Below, piece after piece: positions 1 to 13,100 of a stretch of 64,000 bases of DNA (position 1 is its first letter; every line of letters starts with the position of its first letter). The translations under genes were made by a program, and so were the position numbers. A model generated the notes under the pieces. It was not told where the DNA came from. It made no database searches and was given only the letters and a program-made list of their open reading frames with translations. The stretch is from Scyliorhinus canicula (taxonomy: Eukaryota), in contig NC_052159.1 in the NCBI RefSeq assembly GCF_902713615.1, forward strand, positions 109,545,877 through 109,609,876. Reading direction: 5' to 3'.

Positions 1-879
1 TAAAATTTGATGCTTTTGGGTGAGAATAGTTTGAAATTGAAGAAATATCTTACCACTTACTTCAGCAAAATAAAATAAATTATCAATAAGCACTGTGTTC
101 AAGTTGTGGGAATGTTTTACTTGAATTGCTCAGGATTTCAGAACTCTGGAATTTTTTCCCAATATAAATTGAACAAAAGACAGTGCAGCACAAGGTCCAA
201 TGATCGGATGCAGTACTGTACACCCTACTTCAAGCAACACACTTCACAACAGACATCCACAGTACATTCACACTATTGGTTTCTGACATATGGCTGAGCT
301 CAGAGAATAAAAACTTTGCTGTGAGATGGTAGTGCTACAGATGGTTAACTTTGTGGAGGATGAGGGAAATAGCGAACATTTATATCTAACTTCTCTTTCC
401 CATTGCCAGACTGGGCACTGGGCTCTTCGAACAAACCGAAACAAATTCATTGTCCTGTTCCATCCCCAGAGCCCTGCTTTAAAGGATCCCCATTCTTCAT
501 TCACAAGGTGCAATAGTGTCTGCCTCAAATTTCATTCTCTTAATGCCAAATATAAGTTGGCAACTCCCTCATCTCCGATGTATCAACCACAAAAAAAATC
601 TTTCCCATTCACTCTCTCAAAATCTTTCAGAATTACAAAATGGTATGCCAATAAGAAGTGAAAGAAATCCGAACTATATAGATCATGCTTTATTCTTTTG
701 TTGCTGTTTTTAAAATGGACTTTCTGATGAACGCATAAGGAATGTAGACTAAGTAAAGGAAAATTGCCATAATCCCAGATGAACATAAATTGATTTCCCC
801 TTTGAGGGCGAGAGCTGAGTGGTGGTAAGTTAACTTGAGGATCACCTGGTGGTAAGTTAACTTGAGGATCACCAGAGGA

Positions 880-1250
880 CAGTAGTAGTCTAAAGGGTGC
901 AGGGGTGCAAACATTCCAAGATTGTGATGAGGAAAATTGTCCACAGCAGTATGTGACAAGTTCAACAAGAAAAGATGCATCTTGGACCTGATTTTTGGAA
1001 ATGAGGTGGACCAGGTAGATCAGGAGTCAATGGGGGAACATTTAGAAGACAGCGATTATTGTATCGTAAGGTTTGGGATGATGGGAGAAAAGGAAAATAG
1101 GCTATTCAGAGTAAGAATAATTAAATGGAGAGGGACAACTTCAATGGGGCAGGAATGGAGCTTAGCCGGACAGACAGGAATGAAAGGTTGGTGGGAAAAG
1201 CTGTAGCTGAACAATGGGCCACCTTTAATAAAATGGTTTGGGCACAGTCA
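880..1250 (+). mobile_element. CR1-type LINE ORF2 endonuclease fragment
   Basis: ILDLIFGNEVDQV..GEHLEDSDYCIVRF resembles the CR1 LDL..N..GEHL.SDH..V.F motif. Confidence 0.7.
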
Positions 1251-2202
1251 AGGTCCTGCCTTTTCTCATTTTTGCATAGAGTGCTGGCTGAGGCCAGAAA
1301 ATTGACGTGCAGCTTGCTAGCTGCTAGCTAGCTGCACAACAGGTTTTTCTCACCACATTTTGTAGCATGCTATGTGGAAAACAAATGGAGGTGTGGCCCA
1401 TGTCGTCATGCTGGTAGGGGGGAGCTGGAAAAAGCCGGTAATGCTGGGAATTCCGAGATCAGGGTGCCTCGATCTCCAAATTTATAAAATGACCGCCCCC
1501 CCCCCCATTCAAACGGAATTCCCCCCTCCCCATACGCACACGGCTAACCACCCCCCACCAACCCATGCCCCCCCCACCCCATGGACATGCACAACCACCC
1601 CACCCCCCCCCTCCCACCATGGATCTTCCTAGACGGGTCCTCAGCACTGCCCCCGGAAATGCCCCAGTGCTAAGGGCAAGCCTGGAGGAAATACAGGGCA
1701 ATGTCCAGCCATGTCCCTCTCCCCCTGGAACTATACTTAACTGTATGCCCCCGGTGAGTTCCCTTTACCTGTTCCCCAGTTTTGAAAACCAGTTGTAAAC
1801 CTCGCCAACATGACAATACATCATCGAGGGGGAAGTTCCTATTGTGGAGAAGCCTGCTAATTATATTTAAATGCATTGAAATGAGTAGCTGGCGGGATTG
1901 GGGAAAATTGGAAAACAACATCATGCCGCCGAGATTCTCCTTTTCCAGCTCTCACGGGATTTAGTGCTCACATTTCCATTTGCCCTTGCGGCGAATACGG
2001 GTGCAAAATCCCCCTCCCCAAGGTATATTCTCTCAAAAGGCAAATGTTGGCCAAACAAATCCAGTGCTCCCTAAAGGAACAGGGGGATACAAATTAAGAT
2101 TAAAAATTTTAAAAGGTGCTTATGACAGACGTCATGTAGAAAATACAATTCAGAACCAAGTGGAATACAGAAGGGATTCAGGAGAGCGCTGGAAAATCAT
2201 AT

Positions 2203-2683
2203 TAGAGAAGAGATTCACAAGGATGGTTCCTGGGATGAAAAACTTCAGTTATGAGGGTCGATTGGAGAGGTTGGGATTATTCTCCTTGGAGAGATGAAGA
2301 TTAAGAGGAGATCTGATGGGCATGTTCAAAATCATGAGGAGGCGGGACAGAATGGGTAGGGTGAAACTGTTTTGGCTTGTAGAAGAATCGAGATCGAGAG
2401 GGCACAGATTTAAAATGATTTGCATAATTACAAATATGTGTGAGAAAAACGTTTTTCAAACAGTGAGTGGTTCGGGTCTGGAATGCACTGATTGGAAGTG
2501 TAGTGGATGCGGATTCAATCGAGGCATTCAAGAGGGTATTAGATGATTATTTCAATAGAGACAATATGCAGCTGGATGGGGTAAAGGTAGGAGACTGGCG
2601 CTAGGTCATAATGCTCGTTTGGAGAGCCAGTGCAGACACAATGGGTCAAATGGCCTCCTGTGCTGCAGGAATTCTGTGATTCT
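2203..2683 (+). mobile_element. CR1-type LINE 3' end
   Basis: KRFTRMVPGMKNFSYEGRLERLGLFSLE, followed by the tail ...ATGGCCTCCTGTGCTG...ATTCTGTGATTCT. Confidence 0.85.
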
Positions 2684-4020
2684 GCTCCAAGTCCCATAAC
2701 CACAGGATTGGCACTTCATTTTGGATGCTTCCAACATGAGTTACAAGAACAAAATAATCTTTCCCTCATCATCGTAGATTCTCACACTCAAGTGTGCGGA
2801 CATTGTAATCAGAAAACCAGGGGACACGCAGATTGAAACTTTTATTCCTGCAGAAGTTTTCACAAATCTATCTCACACCTGGGACTGTTCGGGTTCATTG
2901 CAAAGGCGGATCACTGAGGGAACAATGGATGCCATTTGCGCCTTGATAAGCATACCCCTCAAGCAGAGTGAGAGGATCAGTCCAGACAATGGCTTCCCCG
3001 CACAAGATCTGTAACATGGATGGCAATTCTTTCGAAAGCTAATAGCTGGGACGTTATCAGTCCTGAAACTAGAGTTGGGCCCAGAGACCAGACAAACATT
3101 CCTTTTGAAATCATTGTGGAGACAGAAGGTCGCATAACTCGAGTGACCATTTTAAAATCCCTATATTTTTTTGAGAACTGAGAAACCCTCAGTCTGCTTA
3201 TCTAATGCTAATTGGAAAGAGCTCCAGCAAATCTCCCTGCTGACCAAGCAGCTGTCCACTATCTTTCAACTCCATGAAGCCTGATTGATTTTAAAAGTCT
3301 CTGTTCATTGCCTGCCAAGAGGTCTAAGCACTGAAATCAACATAAGTGCTTCATCAACATTTGTTTGAAGAACTTTTGAGCGGCTCTCTCCAACCAGGGA
3401 CTCACCAACTCTGAACACTGATACAAGCAAACTTTAACTTTCCAAACTCTGGAAATCATGTGAACTAATATTCATTTCTGCGGCTCTTTTGATACTGTTA
3501 TTCATTATTGTAAAACTCCCCCTCTTCCATCTTCCTTACTGTATGTGTCTGTGCAATTCACACCTCCGCGTTTGCATGTGAAGTAAACTAACCTTCTGAA
3601 TTAATCCTAAAGAAAGTTTGCTCTGTGACACTTATAAAATTAGACCACATGAACTGAGGGTTTGGGAAAAGGCGTCACATTCTACTTTAAATATAATTCA
3701 TAAATATCCTTGCTTAGGGATAGATGGGGAGAGGATAAAGAAGCCAGTTTTGCTTCACTCCTGTCCGTAACAAACTGTGAATTAAATCTCTTCCTAGCCA
3801 TCACTACTTCAGTGGGTATAACCTATTGGAATAAAGAGCCTTGGCCGACTACAGGTGCGGGCTCAGACTATGCCCTGCTCCCATATCTCCAGGGAAGACC
3901 CAGAAACTTTGGGCAAAATAGGATGCTATGCCAGATCTATGCCATGGCAAAATGCCAGTGGCAGTATTAAAAGGACCTTGGGCCTCGGAATAGGAAGACA
4001 ATTCTCAGCATCACCACATT

Positions 4021-4441
4021 GGATTGGTTTGGATTTGTTTATTGTCACGTGTACCGAGGTACAGTGAAAAGTATTTTTCTGCGAGCAGCTCAACACATCA
4101 TTAAGTACATGAAAAGAAAAGGAAATAAAAGAATATACATAACAGGGCAACACAAGGTACACAATGCAACTACATAAGCACCGGCATCGGATGAAGCATA
4201 CAGGGGTGTAGTGTTAATGAGGTCAGTCCAATAGAGGGTCATTTCGGAGTCTGGTGACAGTGGGGAAGAAACTGTTTTTAAGTCTGTTCGTGCGTGTTCT
4301 CAGACTTCTGTATCTCCTGCCCAATTGAAGAAGTTGGAAGAATCAGTAAGCCGGGTGGGAGGGGTCTTTGATTATGCTGCCCGCTTTCCCCAGGCAGCAG
4401 GAGGTGTAGATGGAGTCAATGGATGGGAGGCAGGTTCGTGC
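4021..4441 (-). mobile_element. LINE 3' fragment, Rex1-like
   Basis: Minus strand ends ...CACGTGACAATAAACAAATCC; upstream sequence looks like LINE ORF2 C-terminal coding sequence. Confidence 0.55.
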
Positions 4442-5029
4442 AACTGGCAGAATGCCGTGGCAACAGGAAGATGACAGGCATACCACTTCCACGCTCCATC
4501 CTGATTCTTTGGCCCTGTCCCATCTCCCACTCCCCTAATGCAGGCCCAATAGAATTCAGGTCATTGGAAGAGCAGAGCAAACATCTGTTCAACGCCCTCT
4601 CCCATTAAAATTAATAATGTCCAACTGACATTTTCAGTGAAAAAATTAGCTGTTAAATACTCAATTCTAGTCAACATGTAATTATAATAGGGAGGTTGGC
4701 CTTTTGTACTTTGTACTAATTTTTCTAATTTGTTAGGGGATGGTAACCTTTACGTGGAAGACTTAACTAAGTCTCCTCTTGTTGGTTCCAGAACTTTAGC
4801 ACTCGGGTTTGGTTAGACCTATGCGTGAGATCTTCTGAATCTCCCCGGGGCCAAAAAAACCCAGCAAACTTTCAACGAATGGCGCGATGTTTCTCGGCGC
4901 TGCAGACACCGAGAAACAATCCGCTAAACGTGCCATTCAAGCGGACTTTAACTCAAGTCCGCTGAATCGAGTCCTGTATTTCAATCTCACTCCACATATA
5001 TTGTGGCTCATTTAAAAAATATATATTTT

Positions 5030-5367
5030 GTCATGGCATGTGGGCATTGCTGGCAAGGCTAGTATTTGTTGCCCATGCCTAAATGCCCTTGAACCCTTGA
5101 ATTGATTGGCTTGCCAGGCCATTTCAGAGTTAAGAGTGAACCACATTGCTGTTAGTCTGGAAACACAAGTCGGCCAGGCCAGGGAAGGATGGCAGATTTC
5201 CATTTCTCAAGGACATTAGTGTACCAGATGGGTTTTTACAACAATCAGGGTTAGTTTCATGGTCACCATTATTGAGACTAACTTTATACTTCGTATATAT
5301 TATTTGAATTTAAATTGCTCTAGCTGCTGTAGTGGGATTTGAACCCACATCCCCAGGGCATTAGCTG
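5030..5367 (-). mobile_element. Old tRNA-derived SINE with L2-type tail (SacSINE1-like, tentative)
   Basis: Reverse complement of the CTGGTTCACTAAT...GGAAGGAAATCTGCC...GGGCAACAAATGCTGG core also seen at 17900-18060. Confidence 0.6.
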
Positions 5368-5938
5368 GACACCGATTTTGTGATATTTTATGTTGTTGCA
5401 TCAGCCATGAGTGATGGAGATTGTCTAGTTGTGAATGGTTTGCAATTGCCCAAGATCATGTAGATGGCCTGACTGAGCCACATCACAGATTCTTTTGACA
5501 GGAAGCAATTGCACGTCTCAAAGACTAATCTCTTTTTCAGATCTTTAATAATGTCCCTCTGATCGGAACACAAGTTCCAGTAACGCAGCAGTAAACAGCA
5601 TTTGGCAATCAGTAACACCCATACAGCTCATCAAGTGTCTCGCTGCAATCCCAGATCAAATCTCCTGCTGAAATGTTGTATAGAAGTCTGATCAATTCAC
5701 TGAAATCTCCTGCTTCTGGAACTGCACATTCTGAATATAGGATAACATTTTCATCATGGACCATAACAAGGGCGGGTTTCCCTATGCGGTGCAACACCAC
5801 AAATGGGCAAATATTTGCAGTACCATGCTATCATAGATCTCTGAGTAATTGGCATCAATATTCATTGCAATGTGGACTGCTTGCCCATCTCCTTGGTTAA
5901 AAGATGGTACATGAAATTAAACCTAGGGTAAAAGCATT

Positions 5939-6431
5939 GGGCTGGATACTCCATTGGAAGGATCCTCTGTTGCGACGGCAGCGCACCTACACCCGCAGGT
6001 TTCCCGGTGGCATGGGGTAGCCACAATGGGAAACCCCATTGGAAGGTGGTGGGAACGGAGAATCCCGCTCTGGCAAGGGAACGCCACCCATAGAGTCATA
6101 GATGTTTACAGCATAGAAACAGGCCCTTCGGCCCAGCTTGTCCATGCCGCCTAATTTCTATCACTAAGCTAGTCCCACTTGCCCACACTTGGCCCATATC
6201 CTTCAATACCCACCCTGCCCATGTAACTGTCTAACTGCTTTTTAAAAGACAAAATCGTACCGGCCTCTACTGCTGTCTCTGGCAGCCCGTTCCAGATGCT
6301 CACCACCCTCTATGTGAAGAAATTTCCCCTCTGGTCTCTTTTGTATCTCTCCCCTCTCTCCTTAAACCTATGCCCTCTAGTTCTAGGCTCCTCTACCTTT
6401 GGGAAACCCAGGAAAACCCAGAATTCCGCCC
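5939..6431. mobile_element. PIF/Harbinger MITE (TSD ATT) with a CR1 3' fragment inserted at 6091-6405 (-), TSD ACCCA
   Basis: Terminal GGGCTGGATACT / GAATTCCGCCC with ATT on both sides; shares CCACAATGGGAAACCCCATTG with 46838-47007. Confidence 0.75.
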
Positions 6432-6654
6432 ATTACAAAACAACGGCAGTCCCATCAACTAAATTATTAAGCTAAAAGGGAAATAAAGGAATGCAGAACT
6501 AAATGTTCCCTGATTGTGATTCACGGACCATTAATAGATTGTTAATCAGGTTGAAGTAAACGCATTGAAATATTTCTGATGCCCTTTATTGTCCAATTTC
6601 TAAGCATAGTTAGTTTGTTTTTCATTATCCAATTACATTTAAGTAGACAGAGGG

Positions 6655-6981
6655 TAATAACATAAAACATACAATGCAGAAGGAAGCCATTTGGCCCATC
6701 GAGTCTGCACAGATCCATTTAAGCCCTCACTTCCACCCTATCCCCGTAACTCAATAACCCCTCCTAACCTTTTTGGTCACTAAGGGCAATTTATCATGGC
6801 CAATCCACCTAACTTGCACATCTTTGGACTGTGCGAGGAAACCGATGCACCCGGGGGAAACCCATGCAGACACGGAGAGAACGTGCAGACTCCGCACAGA
6901 CAGTGACCCAGCAGGGAATCGAACTTGGGACCCTGGTGCTGTGAAGCCACAGTGCAAACCACTTTTGCTACCATGCTACCC
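6655..6981 (-). mobile_element. HE1/V-SINE
   Basis: tRNA-like head, V-domain TGCACGTTCTCCCCGTGTCTGCGTGGGTTTCC, and CR1 tail. Confidence 0.9.
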
Positions 6982-7289
6982 ATAACATCTTATGTTCTGG
7001 AATGTAAGTTGGGTGGTGGGAGCAGGAATGAGGGCGACTTCTGCCTGTGGATGGGACTGTTGTCCATGGGCTGCACAGCTCATTACATATGCAAATGTGA
7101 GGAGCATGGCGAATTTTGCATTGGGGTGGGCAGGAACTCGCTGTTCCCCCCTCCCCCCTTGCCACCAGGCGTCAAAGGTCCTGGTGCCACGTCTAAAGGG
7201 CAACTGGACAGCCATTCACTCACCGTGAGCCAGGTGGTCCGAAATTTGAATCCCTCATGATTACCCAGAGTAGACTATAGGTGGCCCAA

Positions 7290-8390
7290 TGGCTCGCTGC
7301 AGATTCTCCGACGTGGGGTGGTCCTGTTTCCCAGGGATGGACGCAGAAGGCTCTCCTGTCTGACCACAATGGCCTGGGTGAAGATTGCAGCAGAGGGTAG
7401 TGGCTGTGGAGTCCATAAGAGAACTGTCCAGCTGTGTGGAAAAAGGATGAATGCTCTGCTGCACTCTGTCAGGGTAAGTGACAGTCTACTGACTTCAAAG
7501 TGACACTCATAAGGACATCAGGTAGTGAAAGTGCAAGTGGAGAGGGACGTCTGACAGGAGATTGCATTGCAAGGCATAGCAGGTACACTGAATGTGTGGC
7601 TACCACGTCATGTTCTCAACGGCCTATTAATTGTAGGACATCCTCCTTGTTAATTATTATGGGGAAGGGCTCAGGAGCTGCTATAGGCATGTATGCTCCT
7701 AAATTGGTCATACTCCAATTAGGATGATGCTCAACGCTTCAGTCTGTCTGCAGAACAAGAACATGCACAAGAGTTAGTTGGCCCGGACCAGTGTTGGACT
7801 GCTGGATATTCAAGTCCTAACTGCCTTTGAGGACCAGGCCATCAAACCGGCTGGGGAGGACTGGGACTGTGCTTGCGCCCAAGGTAAACAGGACTCATCC
7901 AACAAGTCGGTGAGGATGCATCCAGTCTGCAGTTGGCACTGTCCAAACACAGCAAAACATTGTTTAGATAAGGGAGCATCCACTAAATCTTTATCTTCCA
8001 AATTTCAGATACCAGCAAGAAAAGGAAGGGGAAAAAGGCACACCACCCACAGCACCATCTCCAATCCAACCTTTGAGGATGACTCTCAATCCGTAGAGGA
8101 TGCACCATCACAGCATTCACCTGCACCCTCCATCAATGCAGATACAATCACCTTGGTGGGTGTGTGTTCTGTAATAGGCTTGGAGTCGTAATCTGGTGAG
8201 CATACCACTGACATTGGTCCACAACTGACTGAGGAAGTGATTCCCAAGGTCTCTGAGCTCAGAGGGCCTTTAGAGTCTAGGCCCCTGCTGAGCCTAATGC
8301 AGATGATAAGCCTCTGGACTCGACCATAATAGATCTGATGGAGATGCAGAGACAGGCAGACGAACTTCAGTCAGAGATGCCATAGGAATA
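7290..8390 (+). pseudogene. Decayed Harbinger Myb/SANT-like DNA-binding protein gene
   Basis: VLFPRDGRR...AWVKIAAE....RTVQLCGKRMNALL matches the W..IA....RT..QC.KR.NDL pattern, followed by donor GTAAGT (~7473) and further exon-like segments. Confidence 0.6.
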
Positions 8391-8747
8391 AGAAAATAAA
8401 GATAAAGGTATTTTTAAGGCACACAGATAACATGAGGGCCCAACTTTGGAAATAATTTTGACACTCAGAAATAGATGTTCACTTGCACTGTTTGGAAAGG
8501 TCCTGGATTCTCATCTTGCTGCTAGTTGCTTCAATGGTTACGGATATTTAAGGGTGTTGAACTCGGTCTCCCGTCAGAGTCCAAAAGTGTCCTGCTATGC
8601 TTTTCTCAGATTATCAACATTGAATATTCTGACATGGACAAGCTATGGCATAGAAAGAGACCACTCAGCCCATCCTATCTGCGCCAGCCAAAAAAGATAG
8701 AACAGAACAAACCAGCCGCTCATTTCAATCCCATTTTCCAGCACCTG

Positions 8748-9399
8748 GGCCGGGATTCTCACTTTTGGGGACTAACTCCCCATGACGGATAAAGGGTGAG
8801 AATCACTCCGGACTTTTTCCTTGAAAGTCCGAGGTGATTCTCCGTTTTACAGGGGGCATGAGTCCCACAGCTCTGGCTGCTGGCGGGCACTGTGTCCAGA
8901 GCGCGCGGCCACGCATGCGCATGGCGGTCGCAAGCGGGTCCGCGCATGTGCATGGCAGCCCACCTCGGCGCAGATGCCACCAACATGGCAGAGCCACACA
9001 GCGGGCCCGCGCGGAGTAAGGTAGGTCCCTCACAGATCCCGATGGCCCGCCGATCAGTGGCCGCTGACCGTGGGCCTGGCCACCGCTGAGGCCACCCCCC
9101 CCCGGAGTCAGATACCCCCGTCCCCCACCAGGACCACCACCGCGGCGTAGGTCCGAGCTCCCGCCGGGTGGTACCAGATCTAAACCACGCCGACGGGAGT
9201 TCGGCCGGTCGACAGCCGAGAATCGCCATGGGGGCCTGTTCCAACGGCCCCCAACTGGCGCCGCATCGACCGCACGTGCTTGACTGGTGGGTCCGCGGAG
9301 AAACACAGAAATGCCGTCGCGCCGGATTTCCGGCGTGAATGCTATTCTCTGACCCCAGCCGGGAGCGATTCCGGCGGGGAGAGTCGGCGAATCCCGCCC
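8748..9399. mobile_element. GC-rich PIF/Harbinger MITE inserted in a CR1 fragment
   Basis: TIRs GGCCGGGATTCTC / GAATCCCGCCC; CR1 minus-strand sequence on both sides (8645-8745 and 9400-10110). Confidence 0.75.
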
Positions 9400-10110
9400 C
9401 TAATCTGTAGCCTTGCAGGTTATTTCAAGTGCAGATCCAGGTACCTTTTAAATGAGTTGAGTGTTTCTACCTCAAACACCAATTTAAACAGTGTATTCCA
9501 GATACCCACCACCCTCGTGCCCTCTCCACTCCTTTTACCAATCACCTTAAATCAGTGCCACCTGGAAATTAACCCCTCAGCAGGGGAAATAAGTGTTTCC
9601 TGTCTCGGCCCTTCATAATTTTGTACACCTCAATGACGTCACCCCTTAGCCTCCTCTGTTCTAAGGGAAGCAACTCTTGCCTATCCAACATTTCCTCCTA
9701 CCTGCAATTTTCAAGCCCTGGCAGCCTTCTTTTAAATCTCCACTGCACTCTCTCCAGAGCAATTATGTCCCTCCTGTAATGTGGCGACTAGAACTGTACA
9801 CAAAATCCTAACTGTGGCTGAACCAGTGTTTTATCTAGTTCCAGCATTAATTTCCTGCTGTTCTATACATCCCTGCTGTCGTATTCAATGCCTCATTCAA
9901 TAAAGGAAATATTGCATATACTTTCTTTACCACCTTGTCCAATTCTCCTGCCACTTTCAGGGACCTGTGGACACACACACACCAAGGTCTCTCACTTCCT
10001 CAATATCCTCTCGTTTATTGTGTATTCCCCTGCTTTGTTTGCCCTCACAAAATGCATTACCTCTCACTTTTCCAGATTCATTCCATTTGCCACTTTTCTG
10101 CACCTCAACC
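9400..10110 (-). mobile_element. CR1 LINE 3' fragment
   Basis: Similar to the 29305-30100 CR1 end (CCAAAATGCATTACCTC, GAACTGTACACAA..). Confidence 0.7.
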
Positions 10111-10124
10111 AAACCAGGAATATA

Positions 10125-13100
10125 GGGCAGGATTCTCTGATCCTGAGGCTAAGTGTTGCCACAGTCGTAAACACCATCGCGTTTCTCGACGGCGTCAACA
10201 TGCCCTCAGGAGCAGTGATTCTGACCCCTCCAGGGGGCCAGCACGGCACTGGAGTGACCCACGCTGCTCCAGCTGCCGATCCCGGCGTCAGATGGGTGCC
10301 GCGGGCTTTGCGCATGCGCAGTGGGACAGGCGCGACTGCCGTGTGATTCACTATCAATTACGACAAGACGAGTGTAATCAAGGCTTCATTACACAGAGAT
10401 GTGTAGCCTCCCACAGCTGCTGCCGAAATGGCTGCAGCTTGGAGAACCCATACATTTATACTCCGTCTCCTGGGCGGAGCCAGCAGGCAGGTATCTACCC
10501 CCGTACCTGTAGTACAGGAACCTTACCGTAATGCCAATATGTACAATATAATGTAAGTGGTGACTACCACAGTCACCCGCTGTTAAAAAAGAGTCCAGCG
10601 GGGGTGGTGGAAGACTATTTACATGCAGATGTTCAACATTTTAGGAAAAGTTTACAAATTCAGACGATCGGGTGCCTTGCTCCTTTGTTGCGAGCGCCGC
10701 AGTCCTGGTGGCGATGCAGGTGTCGGTTCGGTCGGCGGTGATTCCGGGAGCGTGTCGACCTCATCTTCATCCCTGGGTGGGGCCAACGGGAGGACGGATC
10801 GTCCTGGAGCGGGGGCTTGGTGAGATGTGCTGGGGGGAGGGAGGGTGGCGCCGGGGCGGGAGGGGGTGGACCCAACTGGGGCCAGGTCCCTGAGGGAGAC
10901 TGTGTCTTGGCGGCCGATGGGGTTCGCATGAAGTAGCTGTACCCTCTTGACCAACGGGTCCGCCTTGTGGAGCCGTACGTGCTTGCGGAGGAGAACGGGA
11001 CCCGGAGCTGCCAGCCATGTTGGGAGCGAAACCCCGGAGATGGATTTCCTGGGGAAGGCAAAGAGACGTTCATGGAGGGTTTCGTTAGTCGCAGTGCAAA
11101 GGAGCGACCGAATGGAGTGGAGGGCGTCGGGGAGAACCTCCTGCCAGCGGGAGGCTGGGAGATTCCGGGACCGTAGGGCCAGCTGGACGGCCTTTCAGAC
11201 CGTCTCATTCTCCTGCTCCATCTGCCCGTTTCCCCGGGGGTTGTAGCTGGTCATCCTGCTCGAGGCAATGCCCCTGTTGAGCAGGTACTGGCGCAGCTTA
11301 TCGCTCATAAATAAGGATCCCTGGTCGCTGTGGACATAGGCGGGGAAACCGAACAGAGTGAAGATGGTGTTGAGGGCTTTGATGACTGTGGCAGACGTCA
11401 TATAGGGACATGGGACGACGAAGGGGAATCTGGAGTATTCGTCGACCACATTAAGAAAGTATGTGTTTCGGTCGCTGGAGGGGAGGGGCGCCTTGAAATT
11501 CACGCTGAGGAGTTCAAAGGGGGGGGGGGGGGGAGGCCTTCACCAGGTGCGCTCGGTCTTGCCGGTAGAAGTGCGGTTTACACTCCGCGCAGACCTGGCA
11601 GTCTCTGGTGATAGCCCTGACTTCCTCGATGGAATAGAGCAGATTGCGGGCCTTTACAAAGTGAAACAAACGGGTGACCCCTGGGCGACAGAGATCGACG
11701 TGCAGGGTCCGGAGTTGGTCCACTTGTGCGCTGGCACATGTACCTCGGGATAGGACATCGGGGGGGCTCATTGAGCTTACCGGGGCGATACAAAATCTCA
11801 TAATTGTAGATGGAGAGCTCGATCCTCCACCTCAAGATCTTATCATTTTTGGTCTTGCCCCTTTGTGTATTGTTGGTCAGTTAGGAGAGGGAATCTCCTG
11901 CCGGCCAGGTAATGACTCCAGTGTCGCACAGCTTCTACTATGACTTGGGCCTCATTCTCGATGGAGGAGTGCCGAATTTCGGGGGTATGAAGGGTGCATG
12001 AAAACAATGCCACGGGCCTGCCTCTGATGCATCGCTCTCGACTTGGAAGGGGAGCGTCTCGTCGACCGCTTGCACCGCGGCCTTGGCGATGCCGGCCTCG
12101 ATACGGTTAAAGGCCTGGTGGTCCTCGGCCATCAGTGCGAAAACTGTGGAGTGAATGAGTGGGCGGGCCTTGTCCGGATAGTTAGGGACCCTTTGGGCGT
12201 AGTACGAGAAGAACCCCAGGCATTGTTTGAGGGCCTTGGGGCAGTGGGGAAGGGGGGAGTTCCATGAGGGGGCGCTTGCGATCAGGGTCGGGCCCTAGAA
12301 CTCCATTTAAACCACATAGCCGAGGATGGCTAATTGGTTAGTGCTGAAGACACACTTCTCCTTGTTGTAGGTTAAGTTAAGTAGTTTGGCGGTGTGGAGG
12401 ATTTGGAAGGTTAGCGTCGTGGTCCTGCTGGTCGTGGCCGCAGATGGTGATGTTATCCAGGTACGGGAAGGTGGCCCGCAGTCCGTGCCGGTCAACCATT
12501 GGGTCCATCTCCCGTTGGAAGACCAAGACCCTGTTAGTGACGCCAAATGGGACACTAAGGAAGTGGCAAAGGCGGCCGTCTGCTTCAAACGCGGCGCATG
12601 GGCGGTTCGCCTTGCAAATGGGGAGCTGGTGGTAGGCAGATTTCAGGTCCACTGTCAAGAAGACCCGGTACTGTGCAATCTGATTGACCATATCAGATAT
12701 GCGTGGAAGGGGTACACGTCGAGCTGCGTGTGCCGATTGATGGTCTGACTGTAGTTAATGACCATCCTTTCTGTCTCCCCAATTTTCACAGCTACCACTT
12801 GAGCTCTCCAGCGGCTGTTGCTGGCCTCGATAATGCCTTCCCGTAGCAGCCGCTGGACCTCAGACCTGATGAAGGTCCTGTCCTGGGCACTGACTGTATC
12901 GTCTGCTCCTGGTGGCGACGGGTTTGCAATCCTGGGTGAGGTTCGCAAACAGAGAAGGCGTGTCGATCTTAAGGGTCTTGAGACCGCAGACAATAAGGGG
13001 TGGTAGGGATCCGGCAAATTTCAGGGTTAGGCTCTGGAGGTTGCACTGGAAGTCCAGGCCGAGTAGCAAGGCAGCGCAGAGGTTGGGTAGGCCGTAGAGC

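Noticed and set aside
268-661. Host exon in non-repetitive sequence
   Set aside because: No recognisable protein motif or convincing splice pair; it might be regulatory, but that cannot be tested here.
820-873. 27-bp tandem duplication
   Set aside because: Local slippage beside a dead CR1 fragment, with no sign of function.
6751-6985. Recurrent small ORFs (LGHCLCGVCTFSPC.., LHVLPVSAWVSSG..)
   Set aside because: These are translations of the HE1 SINE V-domain, repeated in every copy.
8759-9306. Overlapping 160-aa ORFs and CpG-island-like sequence
   Set aside because: Explained by the GC-rich MITE.
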